From a virus (lineage: Duplodnaviria > Caudoviricetes), in IMG/VR virus record IMGVR_UViG_3300037010_001838: a stretch of DNA of 64,000 bases; one strand, given 5' to 3'. Of this stretch, positions 31,357 to 41,549 are shown in pieces. The translations under genes and the position numbers were made by a program. Each line of letters opens with the position of its first letter. The stretch's first letter is position 1. A model generated the notes under the pieces. That model was not told the origin of the DNA, did not search any database, and worked only from the letters and a program-made list of their open reading frames with translations.

Positions 31357-31429
31357 GCAGGAATAGCATATTGAATGCGTTAGGGGTCCACCTTAAAGAA
31401 GTTGGTTCAATCCCAACTTTCCTGCTCCA
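31357..31429 (+). tRNA. Atypical tRNA-Gly(UCC)-like (G at position 33)
   Basis: GCAGGAA/TTCCTGC-T-CCA; loop GGTCCAC. Confidence 0.55.
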
Positions 31430-31443
31430 TACATAGTATTATT

Positions 31444-31519
31444 GCGGTGTTAGCTCAGTAGGTAGAGCGCGATCCTTCCAAGTTCGAGGCCGTCGGTTCG
31501 AGACCGACACACCGCTCCA
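31444..31519 (+). tRNA. tRNA-Gly(UCC)
   Basis: Canonical cloverleaf, CTTCCAA loop, TCCA end. Confidence 0.92.
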
Positions 31520-31534
31520 AAATAAAATAAAATT

Positions 31535-31790
31535 AAAGTGCCTTCATAGCGAAGGTCTGATATAAAGGAACGATAAACGATATAGCCACTGCCATGGACT
31601 GTCAATAATCGTTCGCTCTGGCAGGAGAAAGAGGCTAACCTTTTCGTTGAGGTGAACCCTCCAGACTGGTCGCTATGAAGGTGCTTTAATAACTCAGCAC
31701 GACGTGCGCTGGCAGACATGGAAACCAACTCGAAAGAGCGCTGGTAAACCCATAGTGGATTGGAAACACAGGCCAATCATTTCTGAGTTA
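31535..31790 (+). ncRNA. Candidate large structured ncRNA
   Basis: 18-bp stem 31535-52/31670-87 plus 31554-59/31662-67; several GAAA-capped hairpins; no sense ORF. Confidence 0.5.
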
Positions 31791-31810
31791 TATTTTATTA
31801 GTTAGATATT

Positions 31811-31887
31811 CGGATATTAGCGCAGCCTGGTAGCGCATTTGCTTTGGGAGCAAAGGGTCGTAGGTTCGAATCCTACATGTCCGACCA
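31811..31887 (+). tRNA. tRNA-Pro(UGG)
   Basis: CGGATAT/ATGTCCG-ACCA; TTTGGGA loop. Confidence 0.92.
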
Positions 31888-31894
31888 AATTTAT

Positions 31895-31970
31895 GCTGTG
31901 TTAGCTCAGTTGGTAGAGCACTTGCCTTGTAAGCATGAGGTCGTCAGTTCAAATCCGACACACAGCACCA
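31895..31970 (+). tRNA. tRNA-Thr(UGU)
   Basis: GCTGTGT/ACACAGC-ACCA; CTTGTAA loop. Confidence 0.92.
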
Positions 31971-32038
31971 TTTTATTCTGTTGTATTCCTTTACCTTTTG
32001 TGGTATAGTGTTCTCACTAAATCAACAAAGGTATCAAA

Positions 32039-32329
32039 ATGTTAGTTAACTCAAGTTGTTTCACCTACGACAAATATGGTAAACAGTTTAGCTCTGAAAT
32101 CTCTAGTTTGGGTAAAGGTTTCCGGATGGAACGCGTTTACCCTGACGCTTGTGATGTTGGGTTCACGATGGTAAGTGATAAGACTGGCAAACAAGTTGTC
32201 TTTGTCGAAGAAGATGAAGTTCGAGATGTTGATAACGATATACTGTACTGGTTATTCGTTCCAACCAAAAACTCAATTCGACAAAATCCAGAACTGATGG
32301 GCGTTACTGTTCTCCTCTTTAATGATTAA
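32039..32329 (+). CDS. Hypothetical early protein
   Basis: Promoter and SD. Confidence 0.7.
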   Translation: MLVNSSCFTYDKYGKQFSSEISSLGKGFRMERVYPDACDVGFTMVSDKTGKQVVFVEEDEVRDVDNDILYWLFVPTKNSIRQNPELMGVTVLLFND

Positions 32330-32339
32330 GGAACCCAAA

Positions 32340-32570
32340 ATGAAACATTTCCCCCAATCTGTTTCACTAGAAACTGCGATTCAAACTCGTATCGCTGAAT
32401 CTCGGGCAGCTATGAAGTTAATCGAGATTGAATTGGAACAAGTTGAAGCTACTCTTGAAGAAGAACCGAATAAGTTGAACTGGGCAGATGCCGGTTCCGT
32501 GTTCCATGTAACTGAAATTTTGGAAGCTCTTGTTTCTTTTCTCAATTGTAGTATAGAAGTTGACAAATGA
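32340..32570 (+). CDS. Hypothetical protein
   Basis: SD AAGGA, ATG 32340. Confidence 0.65.
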   Translation: MKHFPQSVSLETAIQTRIAESRAAMKLIEIELEQVEATLEEEPNKLNWADAGSVFHVTEILEALVSFLNCSIEVDK

Positions 32571-32618
32571 CCCTAATTGTGAGACAATAGTCTTACTGAC
32601 TAAACAAACGGAACAAAA

Positions 32619-33023
32619 ATGACTGCAACACTTGCAAAATATTTGGAAGATCCTTCTTCGAGTATTTTCGCTCGCTGCAACAATTTTTACGATTGGTTCT
32701 GTAGTGACAAGGCCCTTGTCGCAAAACAGAAGTCTCTTGATGCGAAGGTTCGCAAGATTGCGAAGTCACCCAAAATTGATGTTGATACAATGTATGTGTG
32801 GTACAAGAATAACTGTCCCGTAATGGGTAAGTTATATGACGATATTCGAATCAGTGACGTGATTACTGGTGATGTGATCTACAACATCTGTCCCAAGAAT
32901 GGTCACAATTCGAAGATTGGTCTGTCCGAAGTGTATTGTCGGGACAACGGTTTTGAGGCCCCTGTTGTGTCGGGCACCTGGAAAGATGTTCTGAATTATT
33001 TTGAAGTAGGTAGTAAAAAGTAG
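32619..33023 (+). CDS. Hypothetical phage protein
   Basis: FYDWFC...WYKNNCP...LYDDIRI; own promoter. Confidence 0.75.
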   Translation: MTATLAKYLEDPSSSIFARCNNFYDWFCSDKALVAKQKSLDAKVRKIAKSPKIDVDTMYVWYKNNCPVMGKLYDDIRISDVITGDVIYNICPKNGHNSKIGLSEVYCRDNGFEAPVVSGTWKDVLNYFEVGSKK

Positions 33024-33087
33024 TTGACGTTGTTTGTGATATAGGGTAAGATGTTCTTGTTGTTAACCAAACCGTAAGGAGAATCAA

Positions 33088-33477
33088 ATGTCTAAGAAGA
33101 ATGATTTCGTTGTAAAGTATGTGGCCCTGAAGAGCAATTCGGCTTTCAAGGATGCCAAGCGTGGTCAAGTGGTTGCTGAATTGGCCAAGGAAGTGGGTAT
33201 TTCGGTCGCTTGTGCATCCACCTACCTGTCCAACGTGGCAAGTGGTAAGTGGAAGCTGGACGGTTCCGATGTCAAGGAAAAGGCTGTAAAGGCTCCCAAG
33301 ACGCCCAAGGCCCCTCGTGCCAAGAAGAACGCAATGACTGCTGAAGCTATCGCCGCCATGGACACCAAGACTCTGGTCGCGACCTACAACGGCAAAGCTG
33401 AAAAGCCTGTCAAGAAGTTTACCAACCGTGAAGCTGGTATCAAGCGTGTAATGGGCCTGTTCGGTCTGACTGCCTAA
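33088..33477 (+). CDS. Basic putative DNA-binding protein (GASTY family)
   Basis: VGISVACASTYLSN; KAPK repeats; paralogue of 12819-13256; SD AAGGAG. Confidence 0.75.
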   Translation: MSKKNDFVVKYVALKSNSAFKDAKRGQVVAELAKEVGISVACASTYLSNVASGKWKLDGSDVKEKAVKAPKTPKAPRAKKNAMTAEAIAAMDTKTLVATYNGKAEKPVKKFTNREAGIKRVMGLFGLTA

Positions 33478-33531
33478 CCGGTCATCAAGAGGGTGATCAT
33501 TCGGTCACCCTCAACTTACCAAAGGATACAG

Positions 33532-33745
33532 ATGAAACAACCTCGCTAAATTACAATCGTATCAACTGTTGTAACCACATTCACATATGATCGATATGAT
33601 AACGATCTTAGTGACGATGCTGTGTGTACATGAACACATACCTATCACAGCGTCGCAATTTACAGATGGAAGTTACTGTGAAGCTCGAAAACTTGAAGTG
33701 GTTGATGGACAATCGGGATTGGTACCAGGAGTTGATTACTAATTG
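33532..33745 (+). pseudogene. Degenerate small gene
   Basis: SD AAGGA, ATG, then in-frame TAA and TGA. Confidence 0.4.
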
Positions 33746-34407
33746 ATAAACTGGTTACCTTTGTGTTGGTTCTCCTTTTTGGAGAGAATTTGAAGATTAC
33801 CTTCCCAGTGTAAACCACACACGAGTTTGTGTTGAAGTGGTACGATGTGGTCTACTTGATACATTATTCCAGTTTCTCTTGACATAGAAACAGACTGTTC
33901 ATAAATCACAATCATCTTTCCGATATCCGCCCAATCAACGGAAGCACGTTTTATCTGTGCTCTTCGTTTAGAATTATAGTATTGAAGGAGTGGTTTGTTT
34001 CGCTCTCGCCACAGTTTGTTGAATTGAAGTTTGGTTTCTTTGTGAGTGGTGTAATACCGTTTGTGTGTTTCTTTGGCTGACTGTGGATTATTCTTTCTCC
34101 AATCACGAGTTCCAGTATTCACAACATCTTTATTTTTCTGTTGCCATTTGCCTATAATAGAAAGAGCCTGTTCTTTATTCTTCTCATACCAACTATAATG
34201 TCGAAGCCGAGTACATTCTCCGCAATGCCCAGTTGATGTCAATCGTTGTGAAATGTGACCATATTTGCAAGGTTGACCAGTATAATAATGTTTATGACCC
34301 TGTTCTTTTGCATGTTTACGTGATATTAGTTCCAATATAATCCCCTGTTGTCTTTTGGGTAAATCTATGTATAATGTATTTATGACATCACGAAGCAACG
34401 ACCACAT
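33739..34407 (-). CDS. Free-standing HNH homing endonuclease (start uncertain)
   Basis: YQVDHIVPLQ...CGLHWEGNLQIL...N; N-terminal PCKYGH...HCGEC. Confidence 0.85.
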   Translation of the reverse strand: MWSLLRDVINTLYIDLPKRQQGIILELISRKHAKEQGHKHYYTGQPCKYGHISQRLTSTGHCGECTRLRHYSWYEKNKEQALSIIGKWQQKNKDVVNTGTRDWRKNNPQSAKETHKRYYTTHKETKLQFNKLWRERNKPLLQYYNSKRRAQIKRASVDWADIGKMIVIYEQSVSMSRETGIMYQVDHIVPLQHKLVCGLHWEGNLQILSKKENQHKGNQFIN

Positions 34408-35515
34408 TCCTCATGGAGAGATCATGATTGACGAAGCCCCCGTTGAAAATTCGAATGAATTTAACATTGATGAATTTTATGGTGAAAAACAAATTCGCTG
34501 GTATCAAGTTGCTGCTCGCAATGCAGTGGCAGATGCGGTTGAACGTGGCGTTCAACGTATTCTTGTAGTTCTTCCTACTGGTGCTGGTAAAACAATTACT
34601 ATCGCTGCATCTTTGTCTTTCCCTCGCATACGAAAAGCGTTGGGAGTAGAAGGTGATCGTCCTCTTCGTGTGTTATTCGTCGCCCACAAACATCGCCTGC
34701 TTACTCAAGCAGAACAAACTTTCACGAAAGAAAGTAACGTAGAATTGATCCTTCAATCTATGTTTACGGATATTCCGGAAGATGTTCTAAAAAACGGTTG
34801 GGACGTCGCAGTTCTTGACGAAAGCCATCACGAATCTTGCATGTCTATGCAGTACCAACTTGAAAAGGTTGGTGATAAAGTGATTATTGGTTTGACGGCT
34901 ACACCTGACCGAGCTGATGGTTGTTTGATCAAATTTGAAGAGATCATTGAACCAATCTCTCGTCAACAGGCAGTTGAAGAAGGTTTTCTTGCTCCAACCA
35001 AAATCTATTCATTTGTTGACGCTCCTGAAAAGAATAAAACTCGTGTGGTCAAAGACATTCTCGATGGCTACATCCATCTGATGGGTCAGACAATGGTTTT
35101 CATGAGAACGAAGAAAGAAGCCAGTGAGATTCATCATTATATCCAATCTCTCGGTTACAAGTCTGTTTTCGTTGACAGCCAACCCAGTCATGAGCTTGAC
35201 CAGATCCTCGACGACTTTAGTGCAGGTCAATACAACTTCGTGGTCAACTGTTCACGTATAAGTGAGGGGGTTGATGTTAAAAAATGTGAGAGTGTCCTAC
35301 TAGGACGAACGTTTGCAAGTTACCCCCTTCTAAATCAGGTCATTGGAAGAGCAGCAAGACCTGACAGTGATTGCAGGGTATGGGAAATTATCAATCCGCT
35401 ATCGGGTTATAACTTGGAAACAACAGCGATTGTTGGAGAACCTGAAATCCATGTTCTGTCTTACCGCAAAAACGGCAAGTGGTTTGAAGAGCAGTTCGAT
35501 TACACTACTGTGTAA
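34382..35515 (+). CDS. Superfamily 2 DExH helicase
   Basis: PTGAGKT, LDESHH, GLTATP, SEGVD, QVIGRAAR. Confidence 0.88.
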   Translation: MTSRSNDHIPHGEIMIDEAPVENSNEFNIDEFYGEKQIRWYQVAARNAVADAVERGVQRILVVLPTGAGKTITIAASLSFPRIRKALGVEGDRPLRVLFVAHKHRLLTQAEQTFTKESNVELILQSMFTDIPEDVLKNGWDVAVLDESHHESCMSMQYQLEKVGDKVIIGLTATPDRADGCLIKFEEIIEPISRQQAVEEGFLAPTKIYSFVDAPEKNKTRVVKDILDGYIHLMGQTMVFMRTKKEASEIHHYIQSLGYKSVFVDSQPSHELDQILDDFSAGQYNFVVNCSRISEGVDVKKCESVLLGRTFASYPLLNQVIGRAARPDSDCRVWEIINPLSGYNLETTAIVGEPEIHVLSYRKNGKWFEEQFDYTTV

Positions 35516-35830
35516 AAGTAAACCTGGATTAAACACTCCTGTAGGTATAATGCTTATGGAGCGAAACGAAGAGCAACACTGAAGGTTGGGTTGAAATAAA
35601 CGAAATTCAATCATTATGTGAACTATGCACTCAACTTTCAGTTCAAACAAATACACCATATGGAGTTGACCACATCGAACCACTAAACAGTAATGAAGTG
35701 TGCGGCTTACATTGTATGTCCAATTTACGGATAATACCTCGAACGGAAAACCGCTAAAAAGGTAACAGTCGTGTTGACATTCAGGGTAAAATATGAGACA
35801 ATGTCTCTGTTAAAACGTAAGGAGTAATAA

Positions 35831-36499
35831 ATGTCTCGAATTGGTGATATCCGTGCAGTAATCGTTGCTCATGGTGGTAACCCCAACTTCACGTATTATG
35901 CAGATGGTCCATCTTCCAACATGCGTGGACATAAAGGTACCCGCCCACGAACCAAGAATGTTGTATACAAAATTGAACGATATTCCGATGGACTGACTCA
36001 CAAAAAACGGGAAAAATGTATTCCTGATTTGATGAAAATTCCTGGTGTTGAAAAGGTCTACATTTCCAAACAACTCAAGCCAGCATATACCGACTATATG
36101 GTTGGTGGACACTTGAAAATTGTATTCAGTAGTGTTGCATCAGTAATTCCAAAAAGTGCTCCAAATATTCCAGTGGTCACTCCTACTGTCATGCCAACGC
36201 AAACAACTAGTGACCTCTCGAACTTTGTAAAAGTGTTTGGAACATTCAAAGCTGAATCTGCTTTTGCAAAATTCGCGATTGAAATGATGGCAGAATCTGT
36301 TGTTTTGATGTGCGAAGATGACCCAACTCAACCAATCCCTAACTCACAAGATGTGGCAAATATGGCAAAGGACTACGCAAACGATATAATAGAAGATTTT
36401 CGTGTTGGTGTTCTTGAACAGATTGATGAACTAATTCTCGAAAATCCAGTGAAATTCGAAGCAAAACGAACAATCAAGATGCACATTAATTTCGACTAA
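35831..36499 (+). CDS. Hypothetical protein
   Basis: Promoter, SD AAGGAG. Confidence 0.7.
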   Translation: MSRIGDIRAVIVAHGGNPNFTYYADGPSSNMRGHKGTRPRTKNVVYKIERYSDGLTHKKREKCIPDLMKIPGVEKVYISKQLKPAYTDYMVGGHLKIVFSSVASVIPKSAPNIPVVTPTVMPTQTTSDLSNFVKVFGTFKAESAFAKFAIEMMAESVVLMCEDDPTQPIPNSQDVANMAKDYANDIIEDFRVGVLEQIDELILENPVKFEAKRTIKMHINFD

Positions 36500-36600
36500 A
36501 GGTCCACGAAAGACCATGTTTTGAGGGGAAAAGTAGTTGACTTTCCCCTCATTTTCATTTATAATGGTTGTGTTCTGTCAATCAGCACATGGAGAAGTAA

Positions 36601-37752
36601 ATGATTCTACCTTTTGATCATTCAAAAGTTCGGTTCCAAAATGTAAAAATCAAACGTGTGTCCACAGCTCTTGGTGGTTCAATGTCCATCCTCGATGAGA
36701 AGGTGTTTGCTGATACTGGCAAAGAGAAATTCATCAAAATTGATATTCCTTTATCTCTTGCTCGTATGTTCAAAGTGAAATATGGAATGTCCCAGTTCTT
36801 CATCCCACATGAAGGTCTAATCATGTGGTACGGTGACAAAGTTATAACGATCGAAAAAGCCAACGAAAACAGTCGGGTAATTGAATCTATTGATGGAACT
36901 GAACGTGTTTGGACTTCAAACACGGAAATTCATTTTCGTAATGCAGTCAGTACTTTCTTTGATAATTCCAATGTTGATTGGCTCTTTGATGGACTATACG
37001 TCTATAACTTTGGAGTACATTGGGACAACCAAACAATGCTTGATTTGGTAAAGTCAAGTAAACAGATTGATGAACATGGACTATTTCGTTCAGTTCCTTG
37101 TGAAGCGATTCATTTCACTTATCTGAATTTCAAACCTGCAGAACAAGAAAGTCGTGCGTGTGTTGCAATTCTTCCGAATTTGGACACATTCAGTATCTCT
37201 GCTCCAATATGGAAGACGCTTGGAACTGAAAATGCACGAATCTTGCATTCATCAGACGTGGAGTCAGATAGTGGAAAACCAGCATCTTTGGTTTCATCTC
37301 TGAAAGGTGTTGACAAACAAATTGCTGTTAATTTGAACTTTGCTCTTCGGTCAGCAAAAGAACTCACTGATCAATTTGGTTACGAGAGTATTCAACCACT
37401 CCAACTTCCAAAAATGATGATTCAACTGAAGACAGTGAACATTCCAAGACTTCCGAAAGAGGTCAAGGCAACAACTGATATTGGTTTGAAATTCACACAT
37501 GCACTGTCGTGGTTATTGGGAATGCAGTACAATGCTACCACTCCTAATCAAATCTTTGCTCTTCGTCAGATTATCAAGTACTTGATGTCGAAAGGTCATT
37601 TTTGGAAAGACAAAACAAAACGGAAATCGATTATCCGTGATACATCCAAAATTGCAATTCCCCTACTGTCAGTTCAAGAATTGGAGACGAGATATAATGA
37701 AAGTTTCGTTGTGAGTTCCCCAAAGATAGTAGATAATGTCTCTGTTGTGTAG
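36601..37752 (+). CDS. Hypothetical phage protein
   Basis: 383-aa ORF, promoter, SD GGAG. Confidence 0.8.
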   Translation: MILPFDHSKVRFQNVKIKRVSTALGGSMSILDEKVFADTGKEKFIKIDIPLSLARMFKVKYGMSQFFIPHEGLIMWYGDKVITIEKANENSRVIESIDGTERVWTSNTEIHFRNAVSTFFDNSNVDWLFDGLYVYNFGVHWDNQTMLDLVKSSKQIDEHGLFRSVPCEAIHFTYLNFKPAEQESRACVAILPNLDTFSISAPIWKTLGTENARILHSSDVESDSGKPASLVSSLKGVDKQIAVNLNFALRSAKELTDQFGYESIQPLQLPKMMIQLKTVNIPRLPKEVKATTDIGLKFTHALSWLLGMQYNATTPNQIFALRQIIKYLMSKGHFWKDKTKRKSIIRDTSKIAIPLLSVQELETRYNESFVVSSPKIVDNVSVV

Positions 37753-37806
37753 ATCACAACAAACGCATCAAAACTTTACTAATCCTTTGAAACGAAAGGT
37801 CACAAA

Positions 37807-38919
37807 ATGCAACTCGAACAACGTGTTCTTACCCCCAAACAACATCAACCTCTCGAGGTGAATGATTGGGCAGTAGTTCAAGCCCAAAAAGTTGAAATCT
37901 CTGAACTGAAGTCCGAAAAAAAGACTTCTGCAATAATCTCCATCAATGACGGTGAAATCATTCATCAATTCAAACCAACGTCACGTGTATCTCAATCACT
38001 CTCTTTTACTCCTCCAGAAGCTTTGGCTAAACGAATGGTCGGTGGAAAATTCTTCACCATCAACAACACACTCGTTGATTTCCGTGATGGATCGTACAAC
38101 GGTTTTATTCAAGATAACACTGCGATCCAACAACTGATTGATACAATCGGTGTTGCTAAAGTCAATCCTTTGGCTCGGGCAATCAAAGTTGATACCACTC
38201 AAAGTGATATTTTGTTGTCCAATCCATGGGGTGAACAAACTCTCGACATCACCGAGTATCAACAAGGTGGATTATTCACGTCACAGTTGAGTTACAGCTG
38301 GTCTCCGTTCAGTCAACATATTCGTGGTGTATTTGAACTGATTCGCCAGATCTGCACGAACGGTATGGTTGGTCTTACTGAATTCTTTAACGCAAAAATT
38401 CCTATGATCAATCGATGGGAAGAACATATGGACATCTCGTACACCCAGATCCAAAACAAAGTCCAGAGTCGTGTCAAAGCTCGGATTCTTGAAATGGGTC
38501 GAGAACGTGCAACAGTTGGTGAGTTACTTGCTATCACCGACCACGCCAATCTTCGGATTAAACAGATGCACGACATACATCCAGATGAACTTCATCGTCT
38601 TCGTACAATCAGTAACATCGCTAATCCACAGATCCATTTGGCTGATATCTATCTTCCAAACGTGTTTGATGATCGTTCAGTTGCACAACGAGTTGTCGGT
38701 CACTTGTCATCTTTTGATGCTTGGAATTTGGTGACTGAAATGTATTCACACACGACCGCATCGACCAACTCTTCCGACATTGGTCTTCAACGGATGGCAA
38801 ATGCATTTTTGCTTGAAGGTGAACAACGTAATAAGAGGCTGTTACATGTTGAACGTGATACTCGTGTTCCAAATGCATTTCTGGACCCAACTCAAGCGTT
38901 TTATGGTGTAATGCAGTAA
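37807..38919 (+). CDS. DUF932-like protein
   Basis: RGVFELIRQICTNGMVG motif. Confidence 0.6.
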   Translation: MQLEQRVLTPKQHQPLEVNDWAVVQAQKVEISELKSEKKTSAIISINDGEIIHQFKPTSRVSQSLSFTPPEALAKRMVGGKFFTINNTLVDFRDGSYNGFIQDNTAIQQLIDTIGVAKVNPLARAIKVDTTQSDILLSNPWGEQTLDITEYQQGGLFTSQLSYSWSPFSQHIRGVFELIRQICTNGMVGLTEFFNAKIPMINRWEEHMDISYTQIQNKVQSRVKARILEMGRERATVGELLAITDHANLRIKQMHDIHPDELHRLRTISNIANPQIHLADIYLPNVFDDRSVAQRVVGHLSSFDAWNLVTEMYSHTTASTNSSDIGLQRMANAFLLEGEQRNKRLLHVERDTRVPNAFLDPTQAFYGVMQ

Positions 38920-38992
38920 ACAACAAGGGTGAAGAGGGTTGACTTCTTCACCCTTTTGGTATACAATACATTATACCGTTGAAGGAGTTGAA

Positions 38993-39298
38993 ATGACACA
39001 GTTTGCTGTTAGTGATTCGATTATTCGGTTATTATCGAATCTACATTTCGTAAGCGCGTACGCGAATTCTGATGAAACATTGGAACATTACAAACCCAAC
39101 CAGAATACAGTGATCATGTTTGGGACAGAATATGTTGATGCAGTCAGCCTAGCTGACATCATTGATCCAAGATGTGACCCTGAAGATCGTGGTTTGTATT
39201 TAATATTCAAACTTCGTGGATTGGAAGATGCTGATTGGATTTCATTCAACAATTTCAACTCCAAAATGTTTAGTGTTTATAAAAAGGATCTATCATGA
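38993..39298 (+). CDS. Hypothetical protein
   Basis: SD AAGGAG. Confidence 0.65.
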   Translation: MTQFAVSDSIIRLLSNLHFVSAYANSDETLEHYKPNQNTVIMFGTEYVDAVSLADIIDPRCDPEDRGLYLIFKLRGLEDADWISFNNFNSKMFSVYKKDLS

Positions 39299-39491
39299 AA
39301 GACCAACAAATGACTCAACAGATTTTTGACAATGGTGATTCAACACCTGAATTCACCAATAATGAAATTCAACAACTGATGTTTACAGCAGAAGCTTTGA
39401 CAACTTTCTATGATGATCTCATCGTAAGGTCCACCAAAGATTTCAACTTCTTTATTGCACCTCCGACAAACTTCTCATATGGGGTCAACTG

Positions 39492-39746
39492 ATGTACAAA
39501 GTAAGCATCGTCGATAAGAAGACCAAATTAATATACGAAGGGTCAGAGAAGACCTTTGATTCCTTCGATGACGCATCAACTGATGCTTTGACAAGATTTG
39601 CACTAAATTTCGGATACGATGTTAATGCGACGTTTGAGTTCATAGACTCTTATACTTCCCCACTCGAAATCTCCAGCGTTGAACTTTTCCCCAAATTCGG
39701 GGATGATGGGGTATTCCTTTTTAAAGATACAGAAGTGATACACTAA
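39492..39746 (+). CDS. Hypothetical protein
   Basis: Coupled small-ORF operon (with 39295-39492, 39748-39957, 39972-40178). Confidence 0.6.
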   Translation: MYKVSIVDKKTKLIYEGSEKTFDSFDDASTDALTRFALNFGYDVNATFEFIDSYTSPLEISSVELFPKFGDDGVFLFKDTEVIH

Positions 39747-40197
39747 AATGCGAATGACCAATTACGCTCATATGGAAAAACCGAATCCATACAACGTTCG
39801 GATGTATATTCCATCAATGAACGCCGAACTCAATTACACCCAATACTGCAAACTTGTTAGAACAATGGGTCTCATTAAAGATCCAGCGAATCTATTCTTC
39901 ATCGGGGGATGGCCTGTTTATAATCTTCCTGATGGTACTATTTTTCAATGTGAATAAGGAAAGGAAGTAAAATGAACAATTCTTTTGTAAATCTCAATAT
40001 GTATCCCCTTTACAAGGTAACGATGATTAAGATGGGGGCATGCACAGAAGGACCAACTCAAATTACTGAATACATTCGAGCTTCAGGTATCGGTAACGTA
40101 GCTGAAGAAGCTAAACGCCGCCACCCCGGATATTTACCTTCAGGTCGATACGACAAGATTGACGACGGTATTCGTTAACAATCCAAACATTCAACAC

Positions 40198-40235
40198 ACA
40201 AAGCCTGGAACTCCCAGGCTTTTTCTTTTTCTTTT
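40198..40235 (+). terminator. Intrinsic terminator
   Basis: AAAGCCTGG-aactc-CCAGGCTTTTT. Confidence 0.8.
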
Positions 40236-40301
40236 TCTGTCGTATGTTAGGGTCAAATGTGGTATAGTGTTCACACTTACTGCTCAAACGGATAAAATCA
40301 A

Positions 40302-40586
40302 ATGAATTCAATTAACCTTATCGAGATTGCTGAAGAGATATCATATGATGAAATGGCAGAATTACTTGCGCGGTTTATCCTGAATGAAGAGCAGTCCTTT
40401 GCGAAGCAGATGATCGGTTCTTCAGACGATACTACAAAAATGATATATCGGAAGGTGTTATCAAATTCAAGCCAATTGGGTCTCGAAGCAGAGGATTTAC
40501 TGCGTGATGTATATTCAAAGAATTTTCTTGAAACTGTAAAAATAACGATTGGATCTGTTGCCGAAGAATACGTAAGGGATGTATAG
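40302..40586 (+). CDS. Hypothetical protein
   Basis: Own promoter. Confidence 0.65.
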   Translation: MNSINLIEIAEEISYDEMAELLARFILNEEQSFAKQMIGSSDDTTKMIYRKVLSNSSQLGLEAEDLLRDVYSKNFLETVKITIGSVAEEYVRDV

Positions 40587-40910
40587 TCTCTTTAGCGTTT
40601 GTGTTCAGACGACATAACAGGTCAGGACTACTATAAACATCACAGTAGAAGCGATTGGGTTGCTCGTACCGCAGCACAAACCTTTATAGGGTCCTGCAAT
40701 GGGGCCCTCTTTTTTATCTGTTGTCTTTAGGGTAACAAAAAGGTATAATACTTACATGACATCAGGGGTCAGTGGGGAGGTATAGAACAAACGTTTTAGG
40801 CCAACCTACCAGGTCAACAGTTGATCTTATTAGGCCAACCTACCAAGTCAACGGTTGATCTCATGTCACATTTGTGAGATAATGTTCACATCAAGTTAAG
40901 GAGAACGTAG

Positions 40911-41249
40911 ATGTCATTTCATATTATGAATTCAGATTTATTTGAATTTGGTTGTTCACCAAGAGCACTGAATATGTATGGTTTCAATATTTCCTCAACG
41001 CTTCTCTCATCAGAAGCCAGTGACAATATATTCTTCAGTAAGACCAAATGTTTGAACTTTATGATTCGTACGATGGAAATTCTCCAACAGGAAATTCTCC
41101 AACAATCGAGTGAAGAATCAACTATCATCTACCAACGTCCTGTTAATAGACTCCCTGTTGTTACATGTATGAACAACGAGAACGTTCCGCTATACACATT
41201 CAGTATGATCAAATTCACAACCCAAGATAGCCCATCGGAGGAACTCTAA
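40911..41249 (+). CDS. Hypothetical protein
   Basis: SD AAGGAG, promoter. Confidence 0.6.
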   Translation: MSFHIMNSDLFEFGCSPRALNMYGFNISSTLLSSEASDNIFFSKTKCLNFMIRTMEILQQEILQQSSEESTIIYQRPVNRLPVVTCMNNENVPLYTFSMIKFTTQDSPSEEL

Positions 41250-41545
41250 TGTCTTTTATAATCTACAACACAACAAATTTTTCTCTTTATCGGCCCAATT
41301 ATTCTGCAAAGACGTATTCAACAGAACGTAGCGCAAAGGGGGCTCTAACGAAGCTCATCAAACAACAAGAAGAGAATCAATGGTTCATTCCAGAACATTG
41401 GGCCGTAACCACATATGACCACTTCCGATCTATTGAACCAATGGTCGAAGTTAAAAGTTTAATGACCGGGGCACCTGTTCAAATTAGAGCATCAGATGTT
41501 GATTCATGTGTTGACCCATCCACGGAACGATTTTGGAGTATGTAA
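41249..41545 (+). CDS. Hypothetical phage protein
   Basis: Coupled ORF; C-term CVDPSTERFWSM. Confidence 0.7.
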   Translation: MSFIIYNTTNFSLYRPNYSAKTYSTERSAKGALTKLIKQQEENQWFIPEHWAVTTYDHFRSIEPMVEVKSLMTGAPVQIRASDVDSCVDPSTERFWSM

Positions 41546-41549
41546 TTTT

